DNA of 47,184 bases from Minisyncoccota bacterium. GTDB lineage: Bacteria; Patescibacteriota; Minisyncoccia; Phycocordibacterales; CAIRYW01. Under the pieces are notes generated by a model. The model saw nothing but the letters and a program-made list of their open reading frames with translations, did no database searches and had not been told where the DNA came from. Position numbers and translations under genes: made by a program. Location: assembly GCA_041665985.1 (NCBI GenBank), contig JBAYHV010000002.1, forward strand, positions 1 to 47,184. The letters are read 5' to 3'. Of the stretch, positions 33,844 to 43,868 are shown piece by piece. Each line of letters starts with the position of its first letter. The first letter of the stretch is position 1.

Positions 33844-35304
33844 TTACTTCGAATCTCTAGCATGTTCAAAATCTTTTCCTATTTCAAAAAGAATTTCATC
33901 TTGCATGTAAGGAGCTATCAATTGTATTCCCAAAGGAAGAGGTAAATCATTTGAAGTATTTCCTGAAGGAATAGAAATTGCGGGCGCTCCAATCAAGTTT
34001 GCAGTCACAGTAAAAATATCCTCCAAATACATTTCAATAGGATCAGCTGTTTTCTCACCTATTTTAAAGGCTGAATTTGGAGTAGTTGGCATCAAAATAA
34101 CGTCAACTTTTTCAAAAGCTATTTCAAAATCTTTCTTAATTAAAGATCTAACCTTTTGAGCTTTTCCGTAGTACGCATCATAATATCCAGCAGAAAGGAC
34201 ATAAGTTCCGAGTAAAATTCTTCTTCTAACTTCTTTTCCTAAAAGCTCTCCTCTGGTTTTCATATAATCTTCTGTCAAAGAATCACCTTCTTTTAATGAA
34301 CCGAATTTCACACCATCAAAACGCGCCATATTTGAAGAAACTTCTGCTGGCATAAGAATGTAATAAACTGGCAGAGAATATGAAATACGAGGAAGCTCAA
34401 TATCTACGATCTCATATCCGGTAGATCTGAATTTCTCAATTGATTCATTAAAATTTTTTAATACTTCTTCTGAAATTCCTTTCGTCTCTAAAATTTTTCT
34501 TGGTACGCCGATTATTTTTTTACCTGCCCGCCCTGCTCTCGCTTGCGAAGCCTGCGGGTTTTTCAAATTTTCTTCCTTTGAGTCTTTTGAAGTTGAATCA
34601 AAATCATCTTTACCTTCAATGACCTTAAAAAGAATTTCTGCATCTTCAATTGTTTTTGCAACTGGACCAATTTGATCAAAAGAAGAACCCATAGCAATGG
34701 CGCCATAACGAGAAACTCTTCCGTAAGAAGGCTTCATTCCAACCACCCCGCAGAATGCTGCAGGTTGTCTAATTGAACCTCCTGTATCAGTACCTAGGGC
34801 TCCAAGAGCCATATCTGAAGCAACTGAGGCGATTGAACCTCCTGATGACCCTCCAGCAACGCGAGATGAGTCATAAGGATTTTTTGTTGGTCCAAATGCA
34901 GAATTTTCTGTTGAACCACCCATCGCAAATTCATCCATGTTGCACCTTCCCATGAAGATCGCTCCGCTTTTTTTAAGTTTTTCAATAACAGTTGCATCAT
35001 ATGTAGCAATATAATTTTCTAAAATTTTAGAAGCCGCCGTTGCAATTTTTCCTTTTATTAAAATATTATCTTTTATAGCTAGTGGAATTCCCAACAACTC
35101 ACCTTTTTCACCATTCGCTATTTTTTTATCAGCTTCCTCCGCTTGAGCAATTACATCATCATAAATTTCCAGGTATGCATTTAGGTCAGAATTTTTTTCT
35201 TTAATTATTTCAAGGTAAGCAGAAGCTAAGTCTACAGCAGAAAATTCTTTCGCTTCAAGGCTTCTTCTAGCTTCTTTAATTGTTAATTCTTTTAGATTTA
35301 TCAT
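33844..35304 (-). CDS. gatA: Glu/Asp-tRNA amidotransferase subunit A
   Basis: 486 aa with the amidase signature GGSSGGSIASVA and GTDTGGSIRQPA. Confidence 0.95.
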   Translation of the reverse strand: MINLKELTIKEARRSLEAKEFSAVDLASAYLEIIKEKNSDLNAYLEIYDDVIAQAEEADKKIANGEKGELLGIPLAIKDNILIKGKIATAASKILENYIATYDATVIEKLKKSGAIFMGRCNMDEFAMGGSTENSAFGPTKNPYDSSRVAGGSSGGSIASVASDMALGALGTDTGGSIRQPAAFCGVVGMKPSYGRVSRYGAIAMGSSFDQIGPVAKTIEDAEILFKVIEGKDDFDSTSKDSKEENLKNPQASQARAGRAGKKIIGVPRKILETKGISEEVLKNFNESIEKFRSTGYEIVDIELPRISYSLPVYYILMPAEVSSNMARFDGVKFGSLKEGDSLTEDYMKTRGELLGKEVRRRILLGTYVLSAGYYDAYYGKAQKVRSLIKKDFEIAFEKVDVILMPTTPNSAFKIGEKTADPIEMYLEDIFTVTANLIGAPAISIPSGNTSNDLPLPLGIQLIAPYMQDEILFEIGKDFEHARDSK

Positions 35305-35353
35305 TTATTTTAAATTTTCTTATCTCCTATCTCTTGCTTCTTACTTCTTAGCT

Positions 35354-35635
35354 TTACATTACTTTTTTTACTTTTACAAAATCACCTTCTCTCTTTGGTG
35401 CAGAGGCCAAAAGAGTTTCAGTCTGAAGACATGTTTCATTTGAATTATCATCCTCTCGAAGATTATTATAAAATTCAGGAGCATCAATTTTTTCTTCTCC
35501 AGCTATTGCAGAATCAATAGTTCCAACATATTCAAGGATGGAACCTATTTCTTTTGCGACACTTTCAAGCTCAGAATCAGAAATTTCTAATCGAGAAAGG
35601 ATAGCTAGTTTTTTTACGTCTTCTTTTGAGATCAT
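35354..35635 (-). CDS. gatC: Glu/Asp-tRNA amidotransferase subunit C
   Basis: The track ORF starts at TTG 35701. The family-like start is MISKEDVKKLAILSRLEISDSELE at 35635 (93 aa). Confidence 0.85.
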   Translation of the reverse strand: MISKEDVKKLAILSRLEISDSELESVAKEIGSILEYVGTIDSAIAGEEKIDAPEFYNNLREDDNSNETCLQTETLLASAPKREGDFVKVKKVM

Positions 35636-35738
35636 ATTAACAGTATATAGCGACTGGTGTTTGGTGGCTAGTGGAATGCAAAAAACACTACAAATTTGCA
35701 AATATTGTCAAAAATGACAACAAAACTCAATTTAAAAA

Positions 35739-37805
<2,067 letters not shown>

Positions 37806-38462
37806 TTAAAAATCAACTTCAATTGCTCTTTCAAATCTGTTTACAGAAGAACAAGTATTATATCCCTTAGAAATAATAGCTGTTGAAGTAGGAGTTCTTC
37901 TATCAACGATCACATCAAAACATATATTATTTGGAGTTGTGGAAGCTATACTAAAACTATAAAGTCCTGTGCCTGGAGAAAAGTTTGTATTAGTTATAAA
38001 TACTCCAAGACACGTTGCTGTTGTATACGCATTAGAACATGACGCATCGCTATTTGAAGTATTTCCAACTTCAGGAAAAAAACCAGCCGGACAAATATCT
38101 GATTTTGAGGATCGATATAAATAAAGAGCACATTCTGTTCCTGTATCTGCATTATAAAATGCAAATTGTGATTCTCTTCCAGCAGCAGAAAGTGAAACTT
38201 GTTTAATAGTAATACTAAGAATTGCAGCTCCAATAGCAAGAAGAAGACCTGCGATCATTGAGGCATAAAGAAGAGTAAACCCGCACACTAACTTTGGTCT
38301 TGCTTCTGTTTTGCTATTATTTTTAATCTTAAATTTAAAGATTTTACTAACTGTATTGGGATACATTTTTTTTAAATTAATCGCGCAAAACGAAACCAAA
38401 GTTAGTCGTCGGGTAAATCCGTTATTTTTTCTGTTAATATTTTTCATTATTTTGTTTGCCAA
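37806..38462 (-). CDS. Minor pilin-like (pseudopilin) protein with element-extended leader
   Basis: 218 aa. The sequence is ...NRKNNGFT, then a 46-aa insert, then LLYASMIAGLLLAIG (hydrophobic alpha1 helix, no Glu5). Confidence 0.7.
   Translation of the reverse strand: MANKIMKNINRKNNGFTRRLTLVSFCAINLKKMYPNTVSKIFKFKIKNNSKTEARPKLVCGFTLLYASMIAGLLLAIGAAILSITIKQVSLSAAGRESQFAFYNADTGTECALYLYRSSKSDICPAGFFPEVGNTSNSDASCSNAYTTATCLGVFITNTNFSPGTGLYSFSIASTTPNNICFDVIVDRRTPTSTAIISKGYNTCSSVNRFERAIEVDF
38280..38413 (-). mobile_element. 134-bp TIR element (MITE-like), copy 3, in frame in the prepilin leader
   Basis: Flanked by TAAA at 38276-38279 and 38414-38417 (TTTA in gene orientation). TIRs are CCCGACGACTAACTTTGGTTTCG and CAAGACCAAAGTTAGTGTGCGGG. 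Confidence 0.8.
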
Positions 38463-39130
38463 TTACTGAACACTTCTTTTATAGTAAAAGATTTTGTACC
38501 TCCAGCAAGATAACTCCCTGTCCATGACATTGTTGAAGTAACAAGTATGGTATCAGATGAAATTGGACTCATAGTAACTACTCTAGAATATTTCGAAGCT
38601 GTACCAGTATCATATGAATATAAACCTGATGTACTATTATAATTTAATTTACCGCAACCCGATGCACCATTACCACACTGAGTTATTGTTTGATTAGAAA
38701 CATCAACTCTGCAACCAATATTATTTGCAGTTACTAAACAATTTGAAAAATCAGCTGGCCAATCAATTGGAGTTGGGACCTGTAAATAATATACATCTCT
38801 TTCATGTCTCAAATACTCAACACCCTCTTGAGCAAGATAATATGCTGTTATTTGGTCTCTTGCGTAAAAAGAAGAAAACAAAGCCTTTGAGGCAATTTCC
38901 ATTGGACCGACAATGGTCGTCAAAAGAATAGTAATAGCAACCATAGTCTCGACCAATGTAAACCCGCACACTAACTTTGGTCTTGCTTCTGTTTTGTTAT
39001 TATTTTTAATCTTAAATTTAAGGATTTTAATAACCATATTTGAATACATTTTTTTTAAATTAATCGCGCAAAACGAGACTAAAGTTAGTCGTCGGGTAAA
39101 TCCTTTTTTATATAAATTTTTGAATTTCAT
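38447..39130 (-). CDS. Minor pilin-like (pseudopilin) protein with element-extended leader
   Basis: 227 aa. The sequence is MKFKNLYKKGFT, then a 46-aa insert, then LVETMVAITILL. Confidence 0.75.
   Translation of the reverse strand: MKFKNLYKKGFTRRLTLVSFCAINLKKMYSNMVIKILKFKIKNNNKTEARPKLVCGFTLVETMVAITILLTTIVGPMEIASKALFSSFYARDQITAYYLAQEGVEYLRHERDVYYLQVPTPIDWPADFSNCLVTANNIGCRVDVSNQTITQCGNGASGCGKLNYNSTSGLYSYDTGTASKYSRVVTMSPISSDTILVTSTMSWTGSYLAGGTKSFTIKEVFSNWQTK
38963..39096 (-). mobile_element. 134-bp TIR element (MITE-like), copy 2
   Basis: Flanked by TAAA at 38959-38962 and 39097-39100. Three differences from copy 1. Confidence 0.8.
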
Positions 39131-39131
39131 A

Positions 39132-39872
39132 TTATTGGATATTTAATCTTCTTTGAGAAATTAAAGTTTGCAGATCAAATTCTGTTGATTGTTTTCCTAC
39201 TTTCCCTGTTGCTTTAAGGATCATAAGTATAAGAGGTTGTTGACGTGATGCCGCAGAAGTATTTGTAATAAATAGATCAAACTTACCTACAGTTATATTT
39301 TTTGAAGTGAGAGCTTGATTACCGCCCCCTCCTACACAAGTGCTCTCATCTTTGGAAATGGTTTTTCCATCCCATGAATAAGTTATGTCACAATTTGAAA
39401 TACTTGAATAAAAAGTTACAGACGAAACAGCTGTGGGAGGACAACCACTTATAGGATTCGAAGCAACAGTTGATCCACAAGTATAGTTGTACCCCGTTCT
39501 CAGATCTCTTACCATACTTTCTATTGAAAAATTCATATTGTTTATAACATCATTTAAAGCCTGAGCTTTTTTGTTTGCATCAATGATCGAAAGAATAGCT
39601 GTCATAGAAATTAAAACCACAATAGCAAAAAGACCAACTGAGACCATCACTTCAATAAGAGTAAATCCGCACACTAACTTTGGTCTTGCTTCTGTTTTGT
39701 TATTATTTTTAATCTTAAATTTAAGGATTTTAATAACCATATTTGAATACATTTTTTTTAAATTAATCGCGCAAAACGAAACCAAAGTTAGTCGTCGGGT
39801 AAACCCCTCAATTTTCTTATTCAACTTTTTTTTTGTTATTTTTTTATTCATTATGGAGTTACGTTTGTACAT
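39132..39872 (-). CDS. Minor pilin-like (pseudopilin) protein with element-extended leader
   Basis: 246 aa. The sequence is ...KKLNKKIEGFT, then a 46-aa insert, then LIEVMVSVGLFAIVV. Confidence 0.75.
   Translation of the reverse strand: MYKRNSIMNKKITKKKLNKKIEGFTRRLTLVSFCAINLKKMYSNMVIKILKFKIKNNNKTEARPKLVCGFTLIEVMVSVGLFAIVVLISMTAILSIIDANKKAQALNDVINNMNFSIESMVRDLRTGYNYTCGSTVASNPISGCPPTAVSSVTFYSSISNCDITYSWDGKTISKDESTCVGGGGNQALTSKNITVGKFDLFITNTSAASRQQPLILMILKATGKVGKQSTEFDLQTLISQRRLNIQ
39666..39799 (-). mobile_element. 134-bp TIR element (MITE-like), copy 1
   Basis: Flanked by TAAA at 39662-39665 and 39800-39803. Confidence 0.8.
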
Positions 39873-40525
39873 TCATCTGCTTCTGGACGAGGAGTATCAA
39901 CAGAGATCTGACCAATCGATGTTATTCTCACTATTCTACATTTATCTCCTAGGGCAGATACAACAACAATAGTAGCGTTCCCAGATCTAATATTGGAATT
40001 ATTTGCATATATTAAAGCGGAAGGATTGGGTTTGATAAAACCGATATCCAAGTTGTTTAATTGAGTAGCTGTCCCTGACGAACAAACGCCATCTGCGCAA
40101 AATCTTAATATTGTTTGACCCTGCGTAAGTCTAGGACTATCAACGGAAGTATATTCAGTCTCTGTTGGATTTTGAATATGAGTATTAAAATTAAAAGGAT
40201 ATACAACTGGATTTCCTCCATAACCGGCATCAGAATAAATAATAAAAGAGTTCGAAACAGGTGAACTTAAGTATATTCCATATCCAACATTGAGATTTGT
40301 TCCTGTTGACGCTTGTTTTGAACTAATTCCGTAAACTTGAGCCTGTCTAATCGCAAGCGCAACCTCATAAGCAGCGTTTGTCACCAAAATATCACTAGAA
40401 AATTTTGATTGTTTAAAAAGTAAAATAGAAGTAATAACAATAACAATTGTTACAACAACCATCATTTCTACAAGAGAAAAACCTTTAACCAACCTTGTTT
40501 TTGTTTTATTAATATTATTGGACAT
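39851..40525 (-). CDS. Minor pilin-like protein (GspH/FimT-like size), uninterrupted leader
   Basis: 224 aa with N-terminus MSNNINKTKTRLVKGFSLVEMMVVVTIVIV. Confidence 0.75.
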   Translation of the reverse strand: MSNNINKTKTRLVKGFSLVEMMVVVTIVIVITSILLFKQSKFSSDILVTNAAYEVALAIRQAQVYGISSKQASTGTNLNVGYGIYLSSPVSNSFIIYSDAGYGGNPVVYPFNFNTHIQNPTETEYTSVDSPRLTQGQTILRFCADGVCSSGTATQLNNLDIGFIKPNPSALIYANNSNIRSGNATIVVVSALGDKCRIVRITSIGQISVDTPRPEADECTNVTP

Positions 40526-41333
40526 TTGAAAATATTAACGCATTTAAACTAAAAACATCTGCGCCTAAAATAAATGCTAAGAAAAATCCAGCGATCATGA
40601 AGGGGGCAAATGGGACAGCACTTCTAAAATTAAATCTGCTTCGAGCAATTCCAAGCTTTTGAAAAAGCAATATAAAAATACTCCAAAGAGCTCCGATCCA
40701 AAAAGCAAAAGCAATTGCTGAAAGTGATTGTGAAAGCCCAAGAGCAAAACCCATACCCAAAGCTAGTTTTCCGTCACCAAAACCGATCCATCTTCCCTTT
40801 GAAACAAACCAGATAGCAGAAAAAACAACAAAGATCATCGGTCCTGCTAAAAGATTTAAGATCTCAGGATAAGAAAAAATACTTGCTAGATTTTTGTTTC
40901 CTACAAAATATATTAAAGATAAAAATGTAAAAGTATAAGAAAGAATATCTGGAATTATTTGATGTCTTATATCGTAAATTGTTAAAACGATCAAAATACA
41001 AAAAGCTAAATACCAAAAAGTTGAAACCAACATTGGCACATAATCCAGATTATAAAACTTTAGGAAAATCGAAAGAAAAACAATTCCTGTAATAAATTCT
41101 ACTAAAGGATATTGTGCTGAAATTTTTGTTTTACAACAACGAGACCTTCCACCTAGACATAAAAAACTCAAAATTGGAAAAAGATCATAAGACTTTATTG
41201 TCCTACCGCAAGACATACAAAAAGATCTTCCCATAAGGCCTTTACCTGTATTGAGTCGTAAGGCTACAACATTAAGAAAACTTCCAATAATGGTCCCTAC
41301 AACAAAAATTACTGTGGCAAGATAATAAAACAT
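40515..41333 (-). CDS. pilD: Prepilin peptidase (A24 family)
   Basis: 272 aa and polytopic. It has an N-terminal Cys cluster CMSCG...CCKTKI and the catalytic Asp context IGFGDGKL. Confidence 0.9.
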   Translation of the reverse strand: MFYYLATVIFVVGTIIGSFLNVVALRLNTGKGLMGRSFCMSCGRTIKSYDLFPILSFLCLGGRSRCCKTKISAQYPLVEFITGIVFLSIFLKFYNLDYVPMLVSTFWYLAFCILIVLTIYDIRHQIIPDILSYTFTFLSLIYFVGNKNLASIFSYPEILNLLAGPMIFVVFSAIWFVSKGRWIGFGDGKLALGMGFALGLSQSLSAIAFAFWIGALWSIFILLFQKLGIARSRFNFRSAVPFAPFMIAGFFLAFILGADVFSLNALIFSNVQ

Positions 41334-41375
41334 TTGTTAATTATACTATCTTTCAACTAATTAAAAAAATCAAAA

Positions 41376-41825
41376 TTATGGTCCTACATAAGTATAATTG
41401 TAACCAATTGGAAATGTTTTTCCAAAAGTATACGCGTCTTTCATATTGCAGGTCGTTGTAGACATTGATGGAGTTTCTAGTTTTGTTGCAAGACAAAAAT
41501 CTTTTTTTCCTGTTCCTGTATCATCACCATACGGAGTGTATAAATAATCATTACCTTGTGGATCTTTTGGAACAGTATTATTTGAAAAATATGAAGAAAT
41601 TTCACTCAAATTTTGTGGCCAAGTCTTATAACCACTTTCCTGCCAAGAATTTTGAATTGCTAAAGAAATATTTTTTAAATCCCCTAAGCGAATAGAGTCG
41701 CGCGATTTTGCTTTGGATGATAAATACGAAGGAATAGCTACAGCAGAAAAAATACCAATAATCGCAATGACAACCATAAGTTCAATAAGGGTAAAACCAG
41801 CATTTTGTTTTTTATTTACCTTCAT
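41376..41825 (-). CDS. Type IV pilin-like protein
   Basis: 149 aa with N-terminus [26 protein letters not shown]. Confidence 0.85.
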   Translation of the reverse strand: MKVNKKQNAGFTLIELMVVIAIIGIFSAVAIPSYLSSKAKSRDSIRLGDLKNISLAIQNSWQESGYKTWPQNLSEISSYFSNNTVPKDPQGNDYLYTPYGDDTGTGKKDFCLATKLETPSMSTTTCNMKDAYTFGKTFPIGYNYTYVGP

Positions 41826-41857
41826 ACAAATATTTTAGCATAATATATACACTATGT

Positions 41858-41880
41858 TGTGCGAGGCTAAGCCTCGCACA
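41858..41880. repeat. REP hairpin at the 3' end of the RAYT gene
   Basis: TGTGCGAGGC TAA GCCTCGCACA; it overlaps the RAYT stop codon. Confidence 0.8.
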
Positions 41881-42535
41881 ATGAGTAATCTAGCCACTCT
41901 ATGATCATATTTTCAAATGAAAAATCATATTGAGGAAAAGATTCCCTATATAAAATGACAGATTCTTCTCTTTGTTCATTAAGATAATCTTTTAAACTTG
42001 AATATTTGTAAGTATTTAAAAATTCAAGTGCCAATTTTCTATCTGTTATTTCTTTCTTTTTCCACCCACAATCAATGATTCCAATAGGATTTAGGTGAAT
42101 GTAACTAAAAAGATACTTTAAATATCGATCTTCATTTACGTGTTGTGATTTAAAAGTTCCTTCAAAAAGTGAACCAGTGCGATGATATTTTTTATTAAAA
42201 TACATTGTATAACCAGTAGCTAACTTATGCATAAATTGACTAGCTCCCTCTTGGGATTTTACTTTAATGAGAATATGAAAATGATTCGTCATCAAACAAT
42301 AAGCACCAATTTGTACAATTTTTTCACCATCATATATTTCTATTGCTTTAGTAAAAGACCACTTTTCTCTTTCTCCTAATTTATTAAATTCAAATTTTTT
42401 ATCTGAGTTAGATAGAAATAACAAAGAAAGAAATCTTTCATAATCACGTTCATCTTGAAAAATTATTCTTTTATCAACTCCACGATTGTAAAAGTGATAA
42501 TACTCATCTTCCGCAAAAATCATATTTCTAGACAT
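41867..42535 (-). CDS. REP-associated tyrosine transposase (RAYT, IS200/IS605 Y1 HUH family)
   Basis: 222 aa with HUH motif MTNHFHILI and catalytic Tyr context FSYIHLNPI. It is flanked by inverted REP hairpins. Confidence 0.8.
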   Translation of the reverse strand: MSRNMIFAEDEYYHFYNRGVDKRIIFQDERDYERFLSLLFLSNSDKKFEFNKLGEREKWSFTKAIEIYDGEKIVQIGAYCLMTNHFHILIKVKSQEGASQFMHKLATGYTMYFNKKYHRTGSLFEGTFKSQHVNEDRYLKYLFSYIHLNPIGIIDCGWKKKEITDRKLALEFLNTYKYSSLKDYLNEQREESVILYRESFPQYDFSFENMIIEWLDYSLCEA

Positions 42536-42545
42536 AATATTATTT

Positions 42546-42565
42546 GTGGGAGGCTTAGCCTCCCC
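42546..42565. repeat. REP hairpin upstream of the RAYT gene
   Basis: GTGGGAGGC TTA GCCTCCCC, in the opposite orientation to the 41858 copy. Confidence 0.75.
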
Positions 42566-42670
42566 CTAAAATTCCGATCTTAAGGTTCTTTATTTTTAAA
42601 TCCAGCACTTAGTTTTTTTTAAAATAAATCCTGGATATATTTAAGTAAATTTTATCATAAAGTAAATAAT

Positions 42671-42699
42671 AAAAAACAACGTCCCGGTTAAGGGACGTT
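42671..42699 (-). terminator. Terminator of pilin gene 42751..43110
   Basis: AACGTCCC GGTTA AGGGACGTT with an A-run on the plus strand (U-run on the transcript). Confidence 0.75.
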
Positions 42700-42721
42700 G
42701 GGAAGTTGTAAAATAAGAGTT

Positions 42722-42741
42722 GTGGGAGGCTTAGCCTCGCA
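42722..42741. repeat. REP hairpin, third copy
   Basis: GTGGGAGGC TTA GCCTCGCA. Confidence 0.7.
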
Positions 42742-42750
42742 TAGTCTAGA

Positions 42751-43110
42751 TTAACAACCAGATGCAAAAGCTACTCCTGCTTCCGTTAATATAGTATCAG
42801 CAGTATTGCAAGTTCCAGAACCAGTATCAGTAGATCTTACTGTAACTGAAAAAGTTCCATCCCCTATACAAGTAGACCCCCCCGCAGTAACTGTTGTTTT
42901 AGAAAAAGTAGGAATAACAAGTGCAGTAGATCCAGTTCCCCCATCACATTGAGTTATTAGAGATGGAAAAAGACCAGAAGCTTCTGCTTTGAACGCTGCT
43001 TTATTTGCTTTTGTTCTTGCACTTGTTAGAGAAGTAAGAACAACAGCAGAAAGAATACCGATGATCGCGATAACGACCAAAAGTTCGATCAATGTAAAAC
43101 CTTTTTTCAT
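42751..43110 (-). CDS. Type IV pilin (major-pilin-like, short)
   Basis: 119 aa with N-terminus [28 protein letters not shown], two Cys pairs and its own terminator. Confidence 0.9.
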   Translation of the reverse strand: MKKGFTLIELLVVIAIIGILSAVVLTSLTSARTKANKAAFKAEASGLFPSLITQCDGGTGSTALVIPTFSKTTVTAGGSTCIGDGTFSVTVRSTDTGSGTCNTADTILTEAGVAFASGC

Positions 43111-43189
43111 ATTTTTGAGTTAGAAAATAATTAATAACTAATTTATTACACTTCATTATATAACTATATAAAATTTCAATCAACTATTT

Positions 43190-43220
43190 AAAAAACAAAA
43201 CCCCTATCAAGGGGTTTTGT
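43190..43220 (-). terminator. Terminator of pilin gene 43257..43631
   Basis: CAAAACCCC TATCA AGGGGTTTTG with a U-run on the minus transcript. Confidence 0.8.
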
Positions 43221-43256
43221 AAAATTTCATCAAAAGATCAAGAAATTTTATGTTTA

Positions 43257-43631
43257 TTATTTACAAGTAGCAGGAAAAACAGCATTATCCTGAGTAATAC
43301 TCGTACTTACAGTAGGACATCTTGCTAAAACTGTAGAATTAGCTGCAGTTACAGGATATGTAAATGTACTACCTCCAGACAAACAAGTTTCATCACTTGC
43401 AACTCCAAGTGAAAATGTAGGATGTGTACTAAGTCCTGAAGTTGCAACTGTACCACTATCACAAGCACTGATCATAGCAGGAAGAGCTGAAGAAAGTTCT
43501 GCTTTAAAAGCAGCAACATTTGCCTTATCTCTCGCTCCTGTTAGAGAAGTAAGAACAACGGCAGAAAGAATACCGATGATCGCGATAACGACCAAAAGTT
43601 CGATCAATGTAAAACCTTTTTGTTTATTCAT
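43257..43631 (-). CDS. Type IV pilin (major-pilin-like, short)
   Basis: 124 aa with N-terminus [30 protein letters not shown]. Confidence 0.9.
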   Translation of the reverse strand: MNKQKGFTLIELLVVIAIIGILSAVVLTSLTGARDKANVAAFKAELSSALPAMISACDSGTVATSGLSTHPTFSLGVASDETCLSGGSTFTYPVTAANSTVLARCPTVSTSITQDNAVFPATCK

Positions 43632-43868
43632 TTTATTTAAAATAATTCTTTTAATAATTTCTAATTAATTTCTGCTCGATTCGACCCGAGCGATTTTTTG
43701 TTTTAATTGTCCCGTAATTATACCTCAAATACTTCTTTTTAAAAAATAGGATGTGTGGATAATTCAAAAACAGTTTCGAGTTGTTAGATATAAGTTGCGA
43801 GGAAACAAAAGGCTATATGGTTAATACTTTTATGTTCTTGCTCAAAACTCATACCCCGCAACTTTAAC

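Noticed and set aside
38913-39972. Plus-strand ORFs 38913..39146 and 39571..39972 sharing VNPHTNFGLASVLLLFLILNLRILITIFEYIFFKLIAQNETKVSRRVNP
   Set aside because: The shared peptide is just the reverse strand of the 134-bp element. It was useful as a repeat flag but is not a gene.
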